64,000 bases of DNA from Neophaeotheca triangularis (GCA_054600435.1 BAAIJX010000039.1:1-64000); one strand, 5' to 3'; counted from the first letter of the stretch, positions 47,639-60,158 are shown. Notes: a model not told the origin generated them from the letters alone. Numbers and translations are program-made.

Positions 47639-49477
47639 ATGACGGACAGGAGTACGCCATCGAGTGGTCCCCATGAAGATAGCGAAACGTACTATGCCTC
47701 GTTGCCGGACAATGAAGCTCAGGAAGCGTTCCGGAATCTGGACGATCACTCCGTTCTGGATGCATGTCTGCTTAGCATCGAGAGCCCGCAACTACAGACT
47801 TTCGTACTCGATTTTGGCCCCAGCAATGCACATGTAGCCCTCGACCTGTCGGTGAGAGCTACCTCAGCACTTCTCAGCGCACCGCGACCCGAAAGCCTTA
47901 GCACCCGGTGGATCAACATTTGGCAGCCTGTCGAGCAGATACCGCTCTTGCACCGACTAGCCCAGCAATATGACCTGTCGCCCCGTTTGCTCGCTCTGAT
48001 GTGTTCGGATCCAAAGCAAGGCAATCATCCTGCGCCTTCGTCCCTGATTCACTCGCAAAAGCGCAGCTGGCGCTGGCACCGCCGCACCGCCGCACCCACA
48101 CCCACCCCCTCCATAGGGAAGGGCTCAGATGAGCTATCAGAGCACACATCCATATCTAGCCATGAAATGCCAGCTTCAGGCAACCTGTACAAGGTCGTGG
48201 ACGAGATCTGGCACTATTCCTCTGTCGACTTTGGCCGTAATTTTGTCTGTCTCGGTTTCAATTCATTGTACGGTACCAAACCGCAGGCCGATGGCGATGA
48301 TTTTGCAGAGCAACAGTTACCTCACTGCACCCGAATTTGGTCTTGGTTGTTACTGTGCTCTGACAACACCATCATCAGCATCCAAGAAGACCCCTTTCCT
48401 TTTGCCCGGAAAGACCGCTTGAGCGCCGCGCAACAGCGTATACTTTGCAGAACGCGGTGCAACCTCCTCAACATCTTCCGCTCGCTCTCTGCGGTATCCT
48501 ATGGTCCCCTCGCAGCGCAAAATCCAATGACGCTGCTTCCGATTCGGACACGCTTGGGCTCGACGCCCGAGGAGTCCGCTCACCGCAATTCCGACGCCCC
48601 AGGCCTCCTCTTCTACTACCTCTTCGAAAATTGGCACAACAGCTACACCCTCGTAACGCGCAAAGACTCCCGCTACGGCCACGAGCTCGCCACCATCAGA
48701 CGCGAGATGTTTTCGCGCCCCACGCTCTCTCACATCGATCGTTTGCATCGCGTCGGCGAAGAGCTAGGCGTGTTACGCAGGCACTACCAGTCGTACAACC
48801 GCATCATCGATCGCTTGCTCGAGCCCAGAGTAGCCACTAGCGCCTCGCTCGAAAACTCGCGGGTCGTGAGCGAAGGCTCCAGAAGCAGTAGCATGGACAC
48901 CATCAGGCCGGCAATGGTGACAGAGAAGGACAGTTTACTAGGGGTCTCGCTCAGCTCAGCGGCAAGAGTGCGCTTCAAAAGACTCAAAGACCTGATAGAC
49001 CTGTACGCGCTGTCGGAAGTGCAAGAATACCTCCAGCAAAAGGAAAACCTCGTCTCCATGGTAAGTAAGTCCAGCAAGCTCCTCCTCCCCCTCATCAACA
49101 TCCTCCTCTACCCACTGCCCTTCCAAACTAATCCTCCAACCCCACCCCCACCGCAGAACTTCAGCCTCATCGCCCACCAGCAAAACCTCTCCGTCGACCG
49201 CCTCACCCGCGTCACCCTGCTGTTAACCAAAGCTTCCATCCTCTTCCTCCCCGTGAGCTTCGTCTCGGGCTACTTCTCCATCAATTTCGACGAGAGCAGG
49301 TACACCATCCCAGAGTACTGGGTCAGTTTCGCCGTCATCTTCGTCTTGTCGTGGGCTTCGTTGTTTGTCTTTGGCGCTCTGAGCGGCACCATGGAGACGC
49401 GGGTGATTTGGAGGAGCTTGCGCGGGTGCGCGAAGGCGGGTTGGGGCTGGGTCAAGAGGGCTGTGGGTGGGGGTTGA
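47639..49477 (+). CDS. CorA-like protein (fungal) with two C-terminal TM helices
   Basis: A long helical region, then RLTRVTLLLTKASILFLPVSFVSGYFSIN (degenerate GMN position) and a second TM helix. Intron 49061-49156. Confidence 0.7.
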   Translation: MTDRSTPSSGPHEDSETYYASLPDNEAQEAFRNLDDHSVLDACLLSIESPQLQTFVLDFGPSNAHVALDLSVRATSALLSAPRPESLSTRWINIWQPVEQIPLLHRLAQQYDLSPRLLALMCSDPKQGNHPAPSSLIHSQKRSWRWHRRTAAPTPTPSIGKGSDELSEHTSISSHEMPASGNLYKVVDEIWHYSSVDFGRNFVCLGFNSLYGTKPQADGDDFAEQQLPHCTRIWSWLLLCSDNTIISIQEDPFPFARKDRLSAAQQRILCRTRCNLLNIFRSLSAVSYGPLAAQNPMTLLPIRTRLGSTPEESAHRNSDAPGLLFYYLFENWHNSYTLVTRKDSRYGHELATIRREMFSRPTLSHIDRLHRVGEELGVLRRHYQSYNRIIDRLLEPRVATSASLENSRVVSEGSRSSSMDTIRPAMVTEKDSLLGVSLSSAARVRFKRLKDLIDLYALSEVQEYLQQKENLVSMVSKSSKLLLPLINILLYPLPFQTNPPTPPPPQNFSLIAHQQNLSVDRLTRVTLLLTKASILFLPVSFVSGYFSINFDESRYTIPEYWVSFAVIFVLSWASLFVFGALSGTMETRVIWRSLRGCAKAGWGWVKRAVGGG

Positions 49478-49981
49478 AGAGAGCGCGGTTTGGTTTTGGA
49501 GGCGCTGTGGTGCTCTTTCTTCTTTTTTTTAATTTCATTCTCCTATAGAAGGGGGGGGAGGGAGTTTAGAGCTGTTGTGATGGGATGGCGCGGATGGGGA
49601 TTATGGAGCTTTGAGATGGAATGGAACTAAGCTTATACATCCGTGGACGCGCTTGTAGAAGGATGACGAGGAGGACGTGTGAAGAGGGCCGGATGTTTTG
49701 GGATCAAGACGCCGGAACGTGCAGTCTATCTAGCAAGGAGAAGGCGAGGTAGCATTGGGACGGGTTTAGCTGATCAGCAATTTAAAACGTATGCTGCTTG
49801 TTGCGGGGCTTCTGCTGGACTTTGTACGATTTGCGGGAGTAGTAAAGGGCACACGCTTGATCACGGAATGACCTTTATCAAGTAACCGCTAGCCCATGCG
49901 ATTTGCAAAGCGGCCGAATCTTCTCTTGATTCCAAATTTCGAGCCCGCACCTTACACCATACCATACTATACCAAACCACT

Positions 49982-51581
49982 TCAATCACACTGCTCTCCA
50001 AACAAATAAACGGCGGTGTCGTTGGCCGCAAGCGTAACCTCCACGCTCTCCTCCACACAGCCCAAACTCTGCCCACTCCACACATCCAGCACCTCGTAGC
50101 ACGCCCCGGCCTCCAGCTGCGGAATCTCGGCGAAGACGGCAGTCATAGTCTTCTCCTCGTGGAAAGGGTTGAGCATGGCGACCATGGTGCCGTTGCTCGA
50201 GCTACCGGACCAGTACATGGCCGGGAAGGTGCTGTTGAAAGTCCAGTCCGGGTTGACGCCCCATTTGTAGGGGGTGGCGGGCTCGCCGATCGTGGGGTCT
50301 TGGTTGAAGGCTAGGAGGTGTTTGTTTTGTAGGAGGGCGATTTGCTCCGTGCTGAGGTCGCTTAGCACGGTGCCCATGAGTAGCGGGCCTTTCATCATCG
50401 CCCAGAGCGCGAAGTGTGAGCGTTCTTGTTCTATGGTGAAGCCGTTGCCGATCTAGATCGGAAGGTTAGGTATAAGTGTTTAAAGAATTCTAGGGGCTTG
50501 TGGAGGGTCCTACCTCGAGCATGTCTGGGTCGTTGCGACCCCAGAAGTTGGTCCAGTTTAGGAGGAAGGAGTTGACGTTGAGGATCTCGAGGACGCGGTT
50601 CCAATCCACTGGACAGATATTAGCAAGGCTCGTGGTTGTCGGGTAGCTACGGCTGATGCACTCACCCTCGCCGAAACCAATGTCGTTGCTCATTCGCCAG
50701 GAATTTCCTGTCTCGTTTCCCCAGGTCCAGACCTGATCGACTCCCCAGTTGCAGAGGGAGTAGAGGATCGTGCGGTTCTGGGCTTGCAGAGCCCTCTCCA
50801 TGATCTTGAACTTCAGCGCGGTGTACTGTGCAGTGTAGTTGACGCCGTCGACGGGGAACTCATAAGCGCAGAAAGGGCTGGTGTTGTTCCAGGAGTAGTA
50901 GTCCGTGACGGGCGTCTCATCAGTGCAACTGCCATTAACCTTGCCAATGCTGTCGAAATTGGGGTCACCGTTGCAGGCGAAGCACTCGTCGATCCACTCC
51001 GGTGGTGGGAAGCAGTTGTCGTACTGACCGTCACGGTCTCAGCACGAAACCCGCACGAAAAGACGTGGACGACGAACTTACCTTGAGATAGTCGGCCCCC
51101 CATTCAGCAAAAGTCTCAGCATCGATCATCTCGTACCCCAAACTGCCAGGATACCTTCCGCAAGTCATGGTGCCGGCGCTGGAGTACATGCCCCACTTCA
51201 GTCCAAGGTCATGAACCATGTCCGAAGTCCCCTTCATGCCATCCGGGAATCTCGTCAAGTTGGCCTTGATACGGTACGAAACGGGATCACGCTGCTCCTC
51301 CTGGTAACAGTCGTCGAGGATCAAGTACTCGTAGCCGGCATCCTTGAAACCGAGGTCGACCATTGCGTTGGCCGCTTGCATGATGTTGGTCTGGTTGACA
51401 TCGCAGAAGTAGGCGTTCTGGCTCCCGGCGTTGTTAGAGGGGAGAGTGTTGTGGCGACTGCGGTGGGAGAACTTGCCCAAGAGTTCCAACCCAGGGCCGG
51501 GAGCTTTCCGACTTGGTTAGGGAGCTCGAGGCCCAGCACTGCGGGGATGACGGAGAGGGTGAGGAGTATTGATCGAGACAT
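49982..51581 (-). CDS. Secreted GH27 alpha-galactosidase
   Basis: Signal peptide, LPALGWNSW|NAY, LDDCY, RFPDGM, ADYLK|YDNC, SWRMSND, NDPDMLE. Introns 51418-51476 (GC-AG), 51024-51081, 50609-50665 and 50453-50513. Confidence 0.93.
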
Positions 51582-52439
51582 GATTAATTATTGTTGAAGG
51601 TGCGAGGGTGATGGCAGTGGGAGGACTTCCATTCATATTCATTCATTATTGTATGACTTGTACTGCCTGGGCCCTGCGAGCCGGCCATCTTTGCTAGCCC
51701 GTACTTTGCGTCGGCTCCACGTACATGGCCCCCTTGTGATTATGAGGAGGCTTGCCCCACGATCCCCGCACATGTCGGGTACTGCTGATGTTGTCTGCTA
51801 GTGCACTCGTAGCGATGGTACAACAGATCGTATTGGACAGAAAGGAAGTCGTCGTCAACCGATTGGCAGCATTACCGGGCAAGCGAGTGGCCGTCACTAT
51901 TGAAGTGGGACCATCACGTGGCCGGCAGCATGCGTGAGAGTTTCGACAATCGTGCTCCAGGCATTGCATCGCCGGTGCTTCACCGTGACGATTCATAGAG
52001 ATACTGTACGGAGAAACAGAGTCATGGACATGATCCTTCTCGTCTATCCTTCTCGTCTCATCTTCTCGTCTATCCTTCTCGGCTACGGCGCGGCGCGCCT
52101 TGGAGCAAACCCGCATTCCAGCTCGCGGTACGCCATTCTGTCACTGCCCAGTTCTCGCTTGTTGGCGACCATGTCAGCGTAATAATGACTTGCCACGACC
52201 GTCGCTTTGCAAAGGATGATGTCGCCAAAGCTCGGCACGCAGAAACGCTGTAAGAACGTTTCATTACGCACAACCCACTATCGTGGAGCCGAAAACGGTC
52301 GGAAACGAGTACCCGGGCTAGCACTCCCATCTCCACGGAAAGCGACCCAATCCATCCTCGATAACATGCCCATTCATGCCAAAAACACCGCACCTCACTC
52401 CCAGCCCAGCCCATCCCAGCCAATTCCCACTCAAACCCC

Positions 52440-53750
52440 CTAACGCCCCTCCACCACCCTTCCTACCCCCTCCCTTAAAACCTCCATCTTCGCCAAGCTC
52501 CCCCACCCCTCCTCTACAGCGCTAACACCCTCCTCAACCCTCTCGCCTACAAAATTCTCCAATTCCCTCCTCGCCTCAACCCCAGCTCTCAACCACGCCT
52601 CCCCCGCTTCGACCCCGGGCGGTACTAAATGGCTCTCATCGGCCAAACGCGCGAATAAGCGTTTGTGAGCCTCTGTGGAGGAGGCGAGGGTGCGGCGGAG
52701 GTGGGTCGTTGTTATTGAGTGGGAGCTTTGGGAGGTGCTCGTTGAGAGGAGGGAGGGAAGGTGGGGGAGAAGGATTGTCGCTGGATTTGAAGTTTGCAGG
52801 CTGGGGAGGGTGTGGCTTGTGTTGGGGGGTTGGGGGATGGGGGAGTCGGGGTTTGAGTGAGGTGTGGGTGGGGTGGTGAGGGTTTGGAGGATTTGGCGTC
52901 GGGCTGTTAGGTAGTTGTTGTAGAGGGTTTCGATGTCAGGCGTGTTTTGGGATTGGTTAGGCGAGTGTCTGGATTGTTGTGGGTTCGAGTTGTCGGGAGA
53001 TGTTTCGGTTTCGGAGATAATTGCGAGTTGCTGTTCGATCCATTGGCTTAGCTGGCCGTGGGCGGCTTGTATAGCGTGCAATTCGTCTTTGCTATTTTGA
53101 TCGGAATTGCTGTTGCCGCTTTTTGCTCGGATAGCTTCGACGCTGGATTGGGTAATCAAGATGGCCTTCTTCAACTCAACGACCCTCTCTTCGACAACGC
53201 CTGAAACATCAGGCGCAATTGTCGCGAGGACAGGTGGTGTGGGCGACTGCCCAACCTGCGAACCAACACTTTCCTCCAGCCCTGCCGCCAGCAGCTCATC
53301 CCCTGTAGCTGTCGTTTCGTCCAAAGCTCGCTCGACAGCGCGCAGTTCGCGCAATTTCCGTCGTTGACGAAGCACTTTCACATAATCCGCGACCTCAGTT
53401 GGCTCACCTCGCCATTGATCGCTCACGTGATTAACTTCGCTTCGACCGAGACGTTCCAAATCGGCTTTGAGACTTTCATAACGGGTCTGCGCCGCAGTAT
53501 GGCTTTGCAGGGCGCAATAGTAGGCTTTGCGGACCCCTGAAAGTGCTTCTGGTGGAGCTCGAGAGGGGTCTTTGAGCGTTGCATCGTAAAGAGTGACGGC
53601 GGTGAGGGGCGTGTCGCTTGTTTCGAGGTGGGATTCTAGGTACGCTTGTAGATTTTGCCGTATGGCTTTTACTTCCTCACGTGGTTTGATGAAAGGGTTT
53701 AGAGCTTCTGCCACTTGCGGCAGAGGGAAGTCCTCAGGAGGCGTATTCAT
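52440..53750 (-). CDS. Hypothetical coiled-coil fungal protein
   Basis: A long intronless ORF with helical segments (ALNPFIKPREEV, LSGVRKAYYCALQ, RLADESHL). No function recognised. Confidence 0.7.
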   Translation of the reverse strand: MNTPPEDFPLPQVAEALNPFIKPREEVKAIRQNLQAYLESHLETSDTPLTAVTLYDATLKDPSRAPPEALSGVRKAYYCALQSHTAAQTRYESLKADLERLGRSEVNHVSDQWRGEPTEVADYVKVLRQRRKLRELRAVERALDETTATGDELLAAGLEESVGSQVGQSPTPPVLATIAPDVSGVVEERVVELKKAILITQSSVEAIRAKSGNSNSDQNSKDELHAIQAAHGQLSQWIEQQLAIISETETSPDNSNPQQSRHSPNQSQNTPDIETLYNNYLTARRQILQTLTTPPTPHSNPDSPIPQPPNTSHTLPSLQTSNPATILLPHLPSLLSTSTSQSSHSITTTHLRRTLASSTEAHKRLFARLADESHLVPPGVEAGEAWLRAGVEARRELENFVGERVEEGVSAVEEGWGSLAKMEVLREGVGRVVEGR

Positions 53751-54480
53751 GATGATGGTTTTGATGTTGCCAGATTGAGGAAGTTTTGGGATCGTTCTAG
53801 TTGTGGCGTCTCGGATGCATTGTGCGTACGTATTAGGTCGGTCGGATTGGGATTTCCATTTGGAGGCTTGCACCTTGGCTTCCCTGTCAGATGGGGAGGT
53901 GAGGTTAAAGAAATGTTGTCCGGAAATAGAACAAGGTATGTACCTGGTGTAGGTAGACAGCGGTAGAGTGCACGGGTGGGAGGGGAGAGGATCGGAGAGG
54001 CATCATGGTGTCCCGCCGGTTGGTCCCGCTTGGCGGGTGGAACCAAGACCAAGATGACGGAGGTCGGCGGCGGCGGCGGCGGCGAGGCATGAAGGTCGAC
54101 GTGGCAGCGAGGATGAGAATCGGTAAGGTATAGCATTTACTAAGTACTATCTTACGGTAATTGGTGTAACTCACCCATCTGCATTGCATCTAGTACTATG
54201 TAGGAGGTAGTCAGGCAGGCAAGTTATACCTTACCTTACTGTACTAGTCCTTTACTGTACTACCACTACCTTCACCACCTGCACCCCCTCCCCTCATATC
54301 ACACCTTCTCCGAGCAACACCAACACACGGCAATAACCACCAGTGCCCCACGCCTTACTACTTGCGGTTCCAATATCGGCCGGAATATAACCACGACGAC
54401 GAACTAATAATAATAAGGTACCCACGCCACGACACACCCGGCGCATCTTCTAGAAAGAAAGCTAGCTACCTAGTACCTAC

Positions 54481-54510
54481 CTACCCTACCCTACCCTACC
54501 CTACCCTACC
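54481..54510. repeat. (CTACC)n pentanucleotide repeat upstream of PEF1
   Basis: ctaccctaccctaccctaccctaccctacc is directly visible. Confidence 0.8.
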
Positions 54511-54564
54511 TTTTAGCCGTCTTCTCTGCCTCTGCGCGCGCGACATCATCCCAAAGTCTAATCC

Positions 54565-56042
54565 ATGGCGTATAATCGAGGAGGCTACAACCCGGATGCC
54601 TTGCCCGCGTAAGTCTTGCTCTTTCAATCTTCCCTCCCCCATGGCCATTCCAGAACTCCAACGACTCACCATGGACGACTACTACAACTACTCCAAACGC
54701 CCGCTGACTTACTACCCTTACCGTAGACATGCCGAACCCGAACAGGCAGCTCAGATGCTAGGAGGCGCCTCCTCTAGTCAGGCACCGCCCGCGGGTCGTA
54801 GCCATAGCAGCTCAAACTCGAGCGCGGCAGGTTACAACAAACCCATCCCTCCACCACCGCAACAGCAGCAAACCCTCCGACCCCAAGACCCCTACGCGCG
54901 ACCCCCACCGAATCAAGGCTACTCCTCGCCAGGGCCTATACCAGGCTCCTACGGTTCCTCAAACCCACCTCCCACCCAACAGACCCCAAACTACGGCGGC
55001 AACGACCCTTACAACCGCCAACAGCCCTCTCCCCGCTACGACCAATATTCGCAACCCAACCGCTACAACAGCCCACAACCACCCCCCAACAACCCAAGCC
55101 CCCAACCATACACCAACAGTAACGGAACCGCACCCCCACCCCCTCCGAACCGCCCATCCTATGCCTCTCCCCCTCCACCCGCCTCCTACGGCCAGGGTCC
55201 TCCACCCCAAACCCACCACAACCGCCCACCGATCCCCAACCAACACCGCCCCCCCACCACCGGGCCCCCACAATCCCGCGACCCTAACGACCGCGAAGCC
55301 CTCTGGCCACTCTTCCAACAAGTCGACAAAGACCGCTCGGGCCAACTCTCCGAAAGCGAACTCCGCCGCGCCCTCGTCAACGGCGACTACACAGCCTTCG
55401 ACCCCCACACGGTAAAAATGATGATCCGCATGTTTGACACGGACCGCAGCGGCAAAATAAACTTCGACGAGTTCTGCGGCCTGTGGGGTTTCCTAGCCGC
55501 CTGGCGTGGCCTCTTCGACCGCTTCGACGTGGACAGGAGCGGCAACATCAGTCTGCGGGAGTTTGAAGACGCCCTCGTCGCTTTTGGTTACAGGCTCAGT
55601 CCGCAGTTTGTGCAGTTGCTATTTACCACATATGCCAAGGGCAGGACGGGCGGTAGAGGCGACGAGGGCTGGCGCGAGCGCGTGCTGAGCTTCGATCTCT
55701 TCGTCCAGGCGTGTATTAGTCTGAAGCGCATGACGGATGTCTTTAAGAAGTACGATGAGGACCGGGACGGGTATATTACATTGAGTTTGTAAGTCCTTTT
55801 CCCTCTCCCTTTTTAACTCGAGACGTCATAGGTCGCAAGCGGGTTTTTGCTAACTTTTGGTGTCGCGGTAGCGAGGAATTCCTAACAGGTGCGCAAGCTC
55901 TCTTCCTCTTCAATTCCATTTCCCCCGAGACGGACACGGGACTCTATTGAAATTTCAAAACTTTCTCTCCACTCATGAACACACGACTGACACGACTGCT
56001 TTTTTTTTCGCCGTGGTTAAAGAGATTCTACGGCAGCGATAG
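54565..56042 (+). CDS. PEF1: Penta-EF-hand protein (peflin/ALG-2 family)
   Basis: P/Q/Y-rich N-terminus and EF hands DKDRSGQLSESE, DTDRSGKINFDE, DVDRSGNISLRE, DEDRDGYIT. Introns 54609-54726, 55789-55871 and 55889-56022. Confidence 0.92.
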
Positions 56043-56763
56043 GTTTTTTTTGTGTTTTTTTCTGGCTTATACCCTCTACTGTTTACGGCGACTGCGCGAA
56101 TGCCGTGGTTTTTGGGCGGTGCTTGAGACGTTCAGTTGGTGGAGTCAACTGTGACGAATCAAACGGGGGGAGGAACCATCGCGTAGGGTGGCTGGGAGGG
56201 ACGGGAGCTTGGGACCAGGAGGGGGGGCGTGAGAAGCCCGCCGTCGCGGTTGTGGTCGCGCAATCGCCGCAGGAGGCACTCTTAGGTACCACCGAGAGAA
56301 TCTGGTAGATCTGTTCTTACCGGCTAGGCGTTGACGGTCGAGACGCCTCGGAAGACTACCTACCTATCCACCTACCTATACATCCGCACTCTTTACAATC
56401 GGCCATCGGCCACTGAGCTTCGGACGCCGGCGAGTGGCACTGAAGAAGAACGCCGAGGCTCAGCAAGCGGATAGCACTGGAGGAGGAACCGTGGAGGCTG
56501 GGTTCTCGACGAGAGCGCATACCAGCTTTGAATTTTGGGGGATTTGTCATGGTCAAGAGATCCTAGCATTAATTACAGTTAACCATCGACTGCGAAGATT
56601 CTGGTACCTACAAAACTTCTTGTTGTTGTTGCGAGAACGCTCAAATGCAGCAGGTTCCCTTGCACTCCGTTCCCATAGCATCCCAGGCACCCAATGAATG
56701 GCCCATGTCCAAAAACGCCAAAATGTACCACACAAAACCCCTCCCTCCTCACGCCTTGTCTAC

Positions 56764-58736
56764 CTACCTAGCCGGTTCTTCAGCCGGCCCGCTCTCAACA
56801 TCCGCCCCCTCCCCCGACTTCCTGCCCCCACCACCAGCCCGACTAGCCCTCTTCTCCGCCTTACTAGCCCTCTTGGCAGCCCTCTCGGCATCGCGCTCAG
56901 CCTTGTTCTCCCTCTCGGCCTCCAAGCCCGTCTTCGTCTCCTGATGCTGCTTACTCAGCGCCTTCTTCCTGACGCCGAGCGACGCCACGACCCCCAGCGC
57001 CGCAAAACACACGTACATGATCCACATTTTCTGCAAACTCTGCGCGAAAGCGGTGCGCACGGTGGAGCGCGCGGGCTCGTCGAGAGCGGCGATGATGTCG
57101 GTGGAAGCGCCGGCGCTGCCTCCGGAGAGCCGGTTGGCGGTTGCCGCCGGCAGGACGGCGAGGAAGTCGGAGCTGTACGTGGACATGCGGTTTTGGAAGA
57201 CGACTTGGCCGATGACGACGGAGATGGACGTGGCCAGCTGGCGGATGAAGCCGAAAGTGGCGGTCCCTGTGGCGATGTCGCGGGGGTTGATGCGGGATTG
57301 GAACGCGATGAGGGGGGCTTGGAAGAGGGGGCCGACGCCGAAGCCGGCGACGCCTTGGTAGAGGATTATTTTGGCGAGGGACGAGGTGGCGCTGAAGTCG
57401 ACGAAGAGGCCGTAGCCGAGGACGAGGAAGAAGACGCCCGTGTAGATTGGGGGCAGGAAGAGGCCGGTTTTGCGGATGAAGATGCCCGTTGCGATGGAGG
57501 AGATGGAGAGGGAGATGGCGGTGGGGAGGAGGTAGACGCCGGAGAGCAGCGGGCCGAGACCCCGGATGGCTTGGAAGTAGAGCGGGAGGTAGTAGGAGCC
57601 CGCGATGAAGACGATGCCGTGGATGGCGACGAGGAAGAGGATGGAGATGTTGGAGAAGTCGCGGAAGAGGCGCAGCGGCATGATCGGGTAAAGGGCAAAG
57701 CGTGCTTCCCAGAAGATGAAGAGGCCCCACGTCACTACGCCGAAGACTATGAGGCAGATAACCGTGGCCGAGTCCCAGGGGTATGTGACGCCGCCGTATT
57801 CCAGGCCGAAGAGGAACATGAGAGTTCCGCCGACGACTGTGAGCACGCCTATCCAGTCAATGGCTTTTAGCCCGGCGACTATGGGGGTTTTGGGTGTTTG
57901 TACGTCTAGGAAGAAGACGATGATTATGAAAGCGACGCCGTCGAGTGGGAGGTTGATGTAGAAGCACCAGCGCCATGTGACTCCTTGGGTGAAGGCGCCA
58001 CCGATGATTGGCCCGATGCTGGTCGCGAAGGACCATACCATGCCGATGAAGGCGTAGTAGAGCCCTCTATTCCTCAAGCTGAATAGATCGCCGATGAGGA
58101 TGTTTACTAGAATAACGAGACCACCTGGTTGAAATGAGTCAGATCAGAGTTGCTTTGACGCGGTCCTCCCGGCGAACACTCACCCGCTCCAAGACCTTGG
58201 ACCGCACGCGCCGCAATCAGCATGCCAATCGAGTTGGCGAGCGCCGCTACCAAGCTGCCGACGAAAAAGACAATGTTGGCGCCGAGAAGGACAGGCTTGC
58301 GACCAAAGATGTCGCTACATTTCCCCCAAACCGGCGCGCTAGATGCGTTTGCGAGGAGAAAAGCAGAACCAATCCAAGTGTACCCAGACGCCGAGTTGAA
58401 CTCTTCCGATATGGTAGGCAAAGCCGTTGTGATGATTGTGACATCCAAAGCCGCAAGGAAGACAGCCATCATGAGCGCCGCCATGATCAGGACAGTCTTC
58501 AGTTTCGTCCGCTCGACTTGCTCCGGCTCTTGTGGTTTGCCATCTTCAGGTTTTGATTGACCTTGCGCATCGTCGGTGGATGATGAGCCTGACGTTGGTG
58601 GTGCCTTCTCTTCTGCCCCTGAGAGAGCGTTATCGTTTCCTTTATTGGGTCCAGATTCGTCCATGGCGGCATCATTCTCAAGGTTGTCTCCAGTCTTCTC
58701 GACTTGCGCCGTCGACTCAGTGTTTGATGCAGCCAT
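56764..58736 (-). CDS. MFS DHA2 (14-TM) drug/toxin efflux transporter
   Basis: FLAALDVTIITTALPTI, WGKCSDIFGRK, GPIIGGAFTQ..WRWCFYINLP. Intron 58125-58183. Confidence 0.92.
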
Positions 58737-60126
58737 TGCTTCTGGATTCGCGCTTCGAGGTGATTGGACGTTTGTCCAGGCTTGACGATGCGATCGTTTT
58801 ACTGGAGGGATATGGACGCATTCATAGTCCTAGACAGAGTCGCTTGACAACCAGACGACTGCTGGTGATGTTTATAACGTCGCTAAAGAACTAACCTGGA
58901 CGTATGCGAATAGAAGAAAGAAGATGAAAGTCAAGTTCAATGACGCCTGAGGGGAAGTCTTATGGTTCCAACCATAGGGTTTGTTTCTCGCGCCTCTCGG
59001 TTGTTGCGGCATCTTCAAGATCCGGTCAATCTGACTCCAGAACGAAAGCTTGGCCATGCTTGGATAAGGTAGGTTAGGTTCTAACCATGGCCACCGTCCG
59101 GGCCATCTCTACTAATAAATAATAAATATTAAATAAAATAGTACTAACTACCTAGGGAGTACTTACAGTAGCTACAGTAGGTATTAATGAATTGTATTCC
59201 TCTTCGTAGGTCTACATGACAGACATTATTCGGACACTTTTAGAATTACAATATTAATTACCTTCAGATGAAAGGGTTCCGTCAAATCTGGTTTGACACT
59301 TCCTTCGCACGTGGACGGGAGACGTTCGCAAAGGCGGGTTTTGCGGAGTTAGAATTGAGAAAGTTAGAAAGATTATGTTCCGATAAAAGGAGGGCGTGAG
59401 GGCTTTAGCCGATCTCCGGCGCAGGTGGCTTGAGCCTTGTTGGCTGGGCATCCGCATCCCATCTCGACTTCATGTCACGGCTACTCCTTTGGCAATTGTC
59501 TACAAAGCTGTCGAATTCAAGTCAGCGCGATGCCCGAGTGTAGCTGGTAGCATCGGAAGACATCGATTGATAACCTTCAAGCCTCCTTTGCACCGCGCTA
59601 CTCAAATGCTTTCTGAGAGGAGGCTGCTGCTTTCATCGTCCATGTTCGTTACAAGGAGTTCCGTGTCCCCCTTCCAGACTACGATACATCAATCTCGTAG
59701 GCTCAGAATGTGTTGTTTGCTCGACGGCCTGGCTTGATAATTTCCTGTGTCCGGGAACATGAAGCACTCGGGGGAAGGGTGCTCGGGTGTCAGGGAAGAC
59801 TACAAGCCACCTGCATCTTGCTGACTATATATATGCTCATCCGTTTCCAGCTTCTTTTCTCGCGGAATTGGAATCAAATCCGGTAGGTGTGTACGATATG
59901 ACGCCTTTTCATGTTTCTGAAAGCAACACTGCCCTTATTTCCACTCAACGGCCTGAACAAGTTATCATTGAGGATGGAGGGACACTCAGGAGGCAGGATC
60001 AAGGGGGTGGCCCAGTGTTGGATCGAAGCGCGTTGAATGTCAGGTCGGGTCTTTTGTGGTAACCGTGGCCCCCGTCTCTTTCTGGCAGTGTCTGGCTCTA
60101 TTTCGTAGAGGGACAAGTCATACATA

Positions 60127-60158
60127 CATCCATCCATCCATCCATCCATCCATCCATC
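60127..60158. repeat. (CATC)n microsatellite, about 8 units
   Basis: Directly visible. Confidence 0.85.

Noticed and set aside
52033..52085. Short imperfect tandem repeat (TCCTTCTCGTCTA-like), and a 13-bp duplication near 63207-63233
   Set aside because: Simple slippage repeats without spacers. Not CRISPR-like, and no evidence of function.
56698..57870. 390-aa plus-strand ORF
   Set aside because: Antisense shadow of the DHA2 transporter, produced by its biased codon usage. No recognisable domain.
45199..58736. AflR-like TF plus DHA2 pump as a secondary-metabolite cluster
   Set aside because: There is no PKS, NRPS, terpene synthase or tailoring enzyme between or near them.
59105..59260. AT-rich patch as a RIP-degraded transposon (also about 36560-36990)
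   Set aside because: It is short, with no terminal repeats, target-site duplication or transposase remnants. A promoter AT tract explains it equally well.
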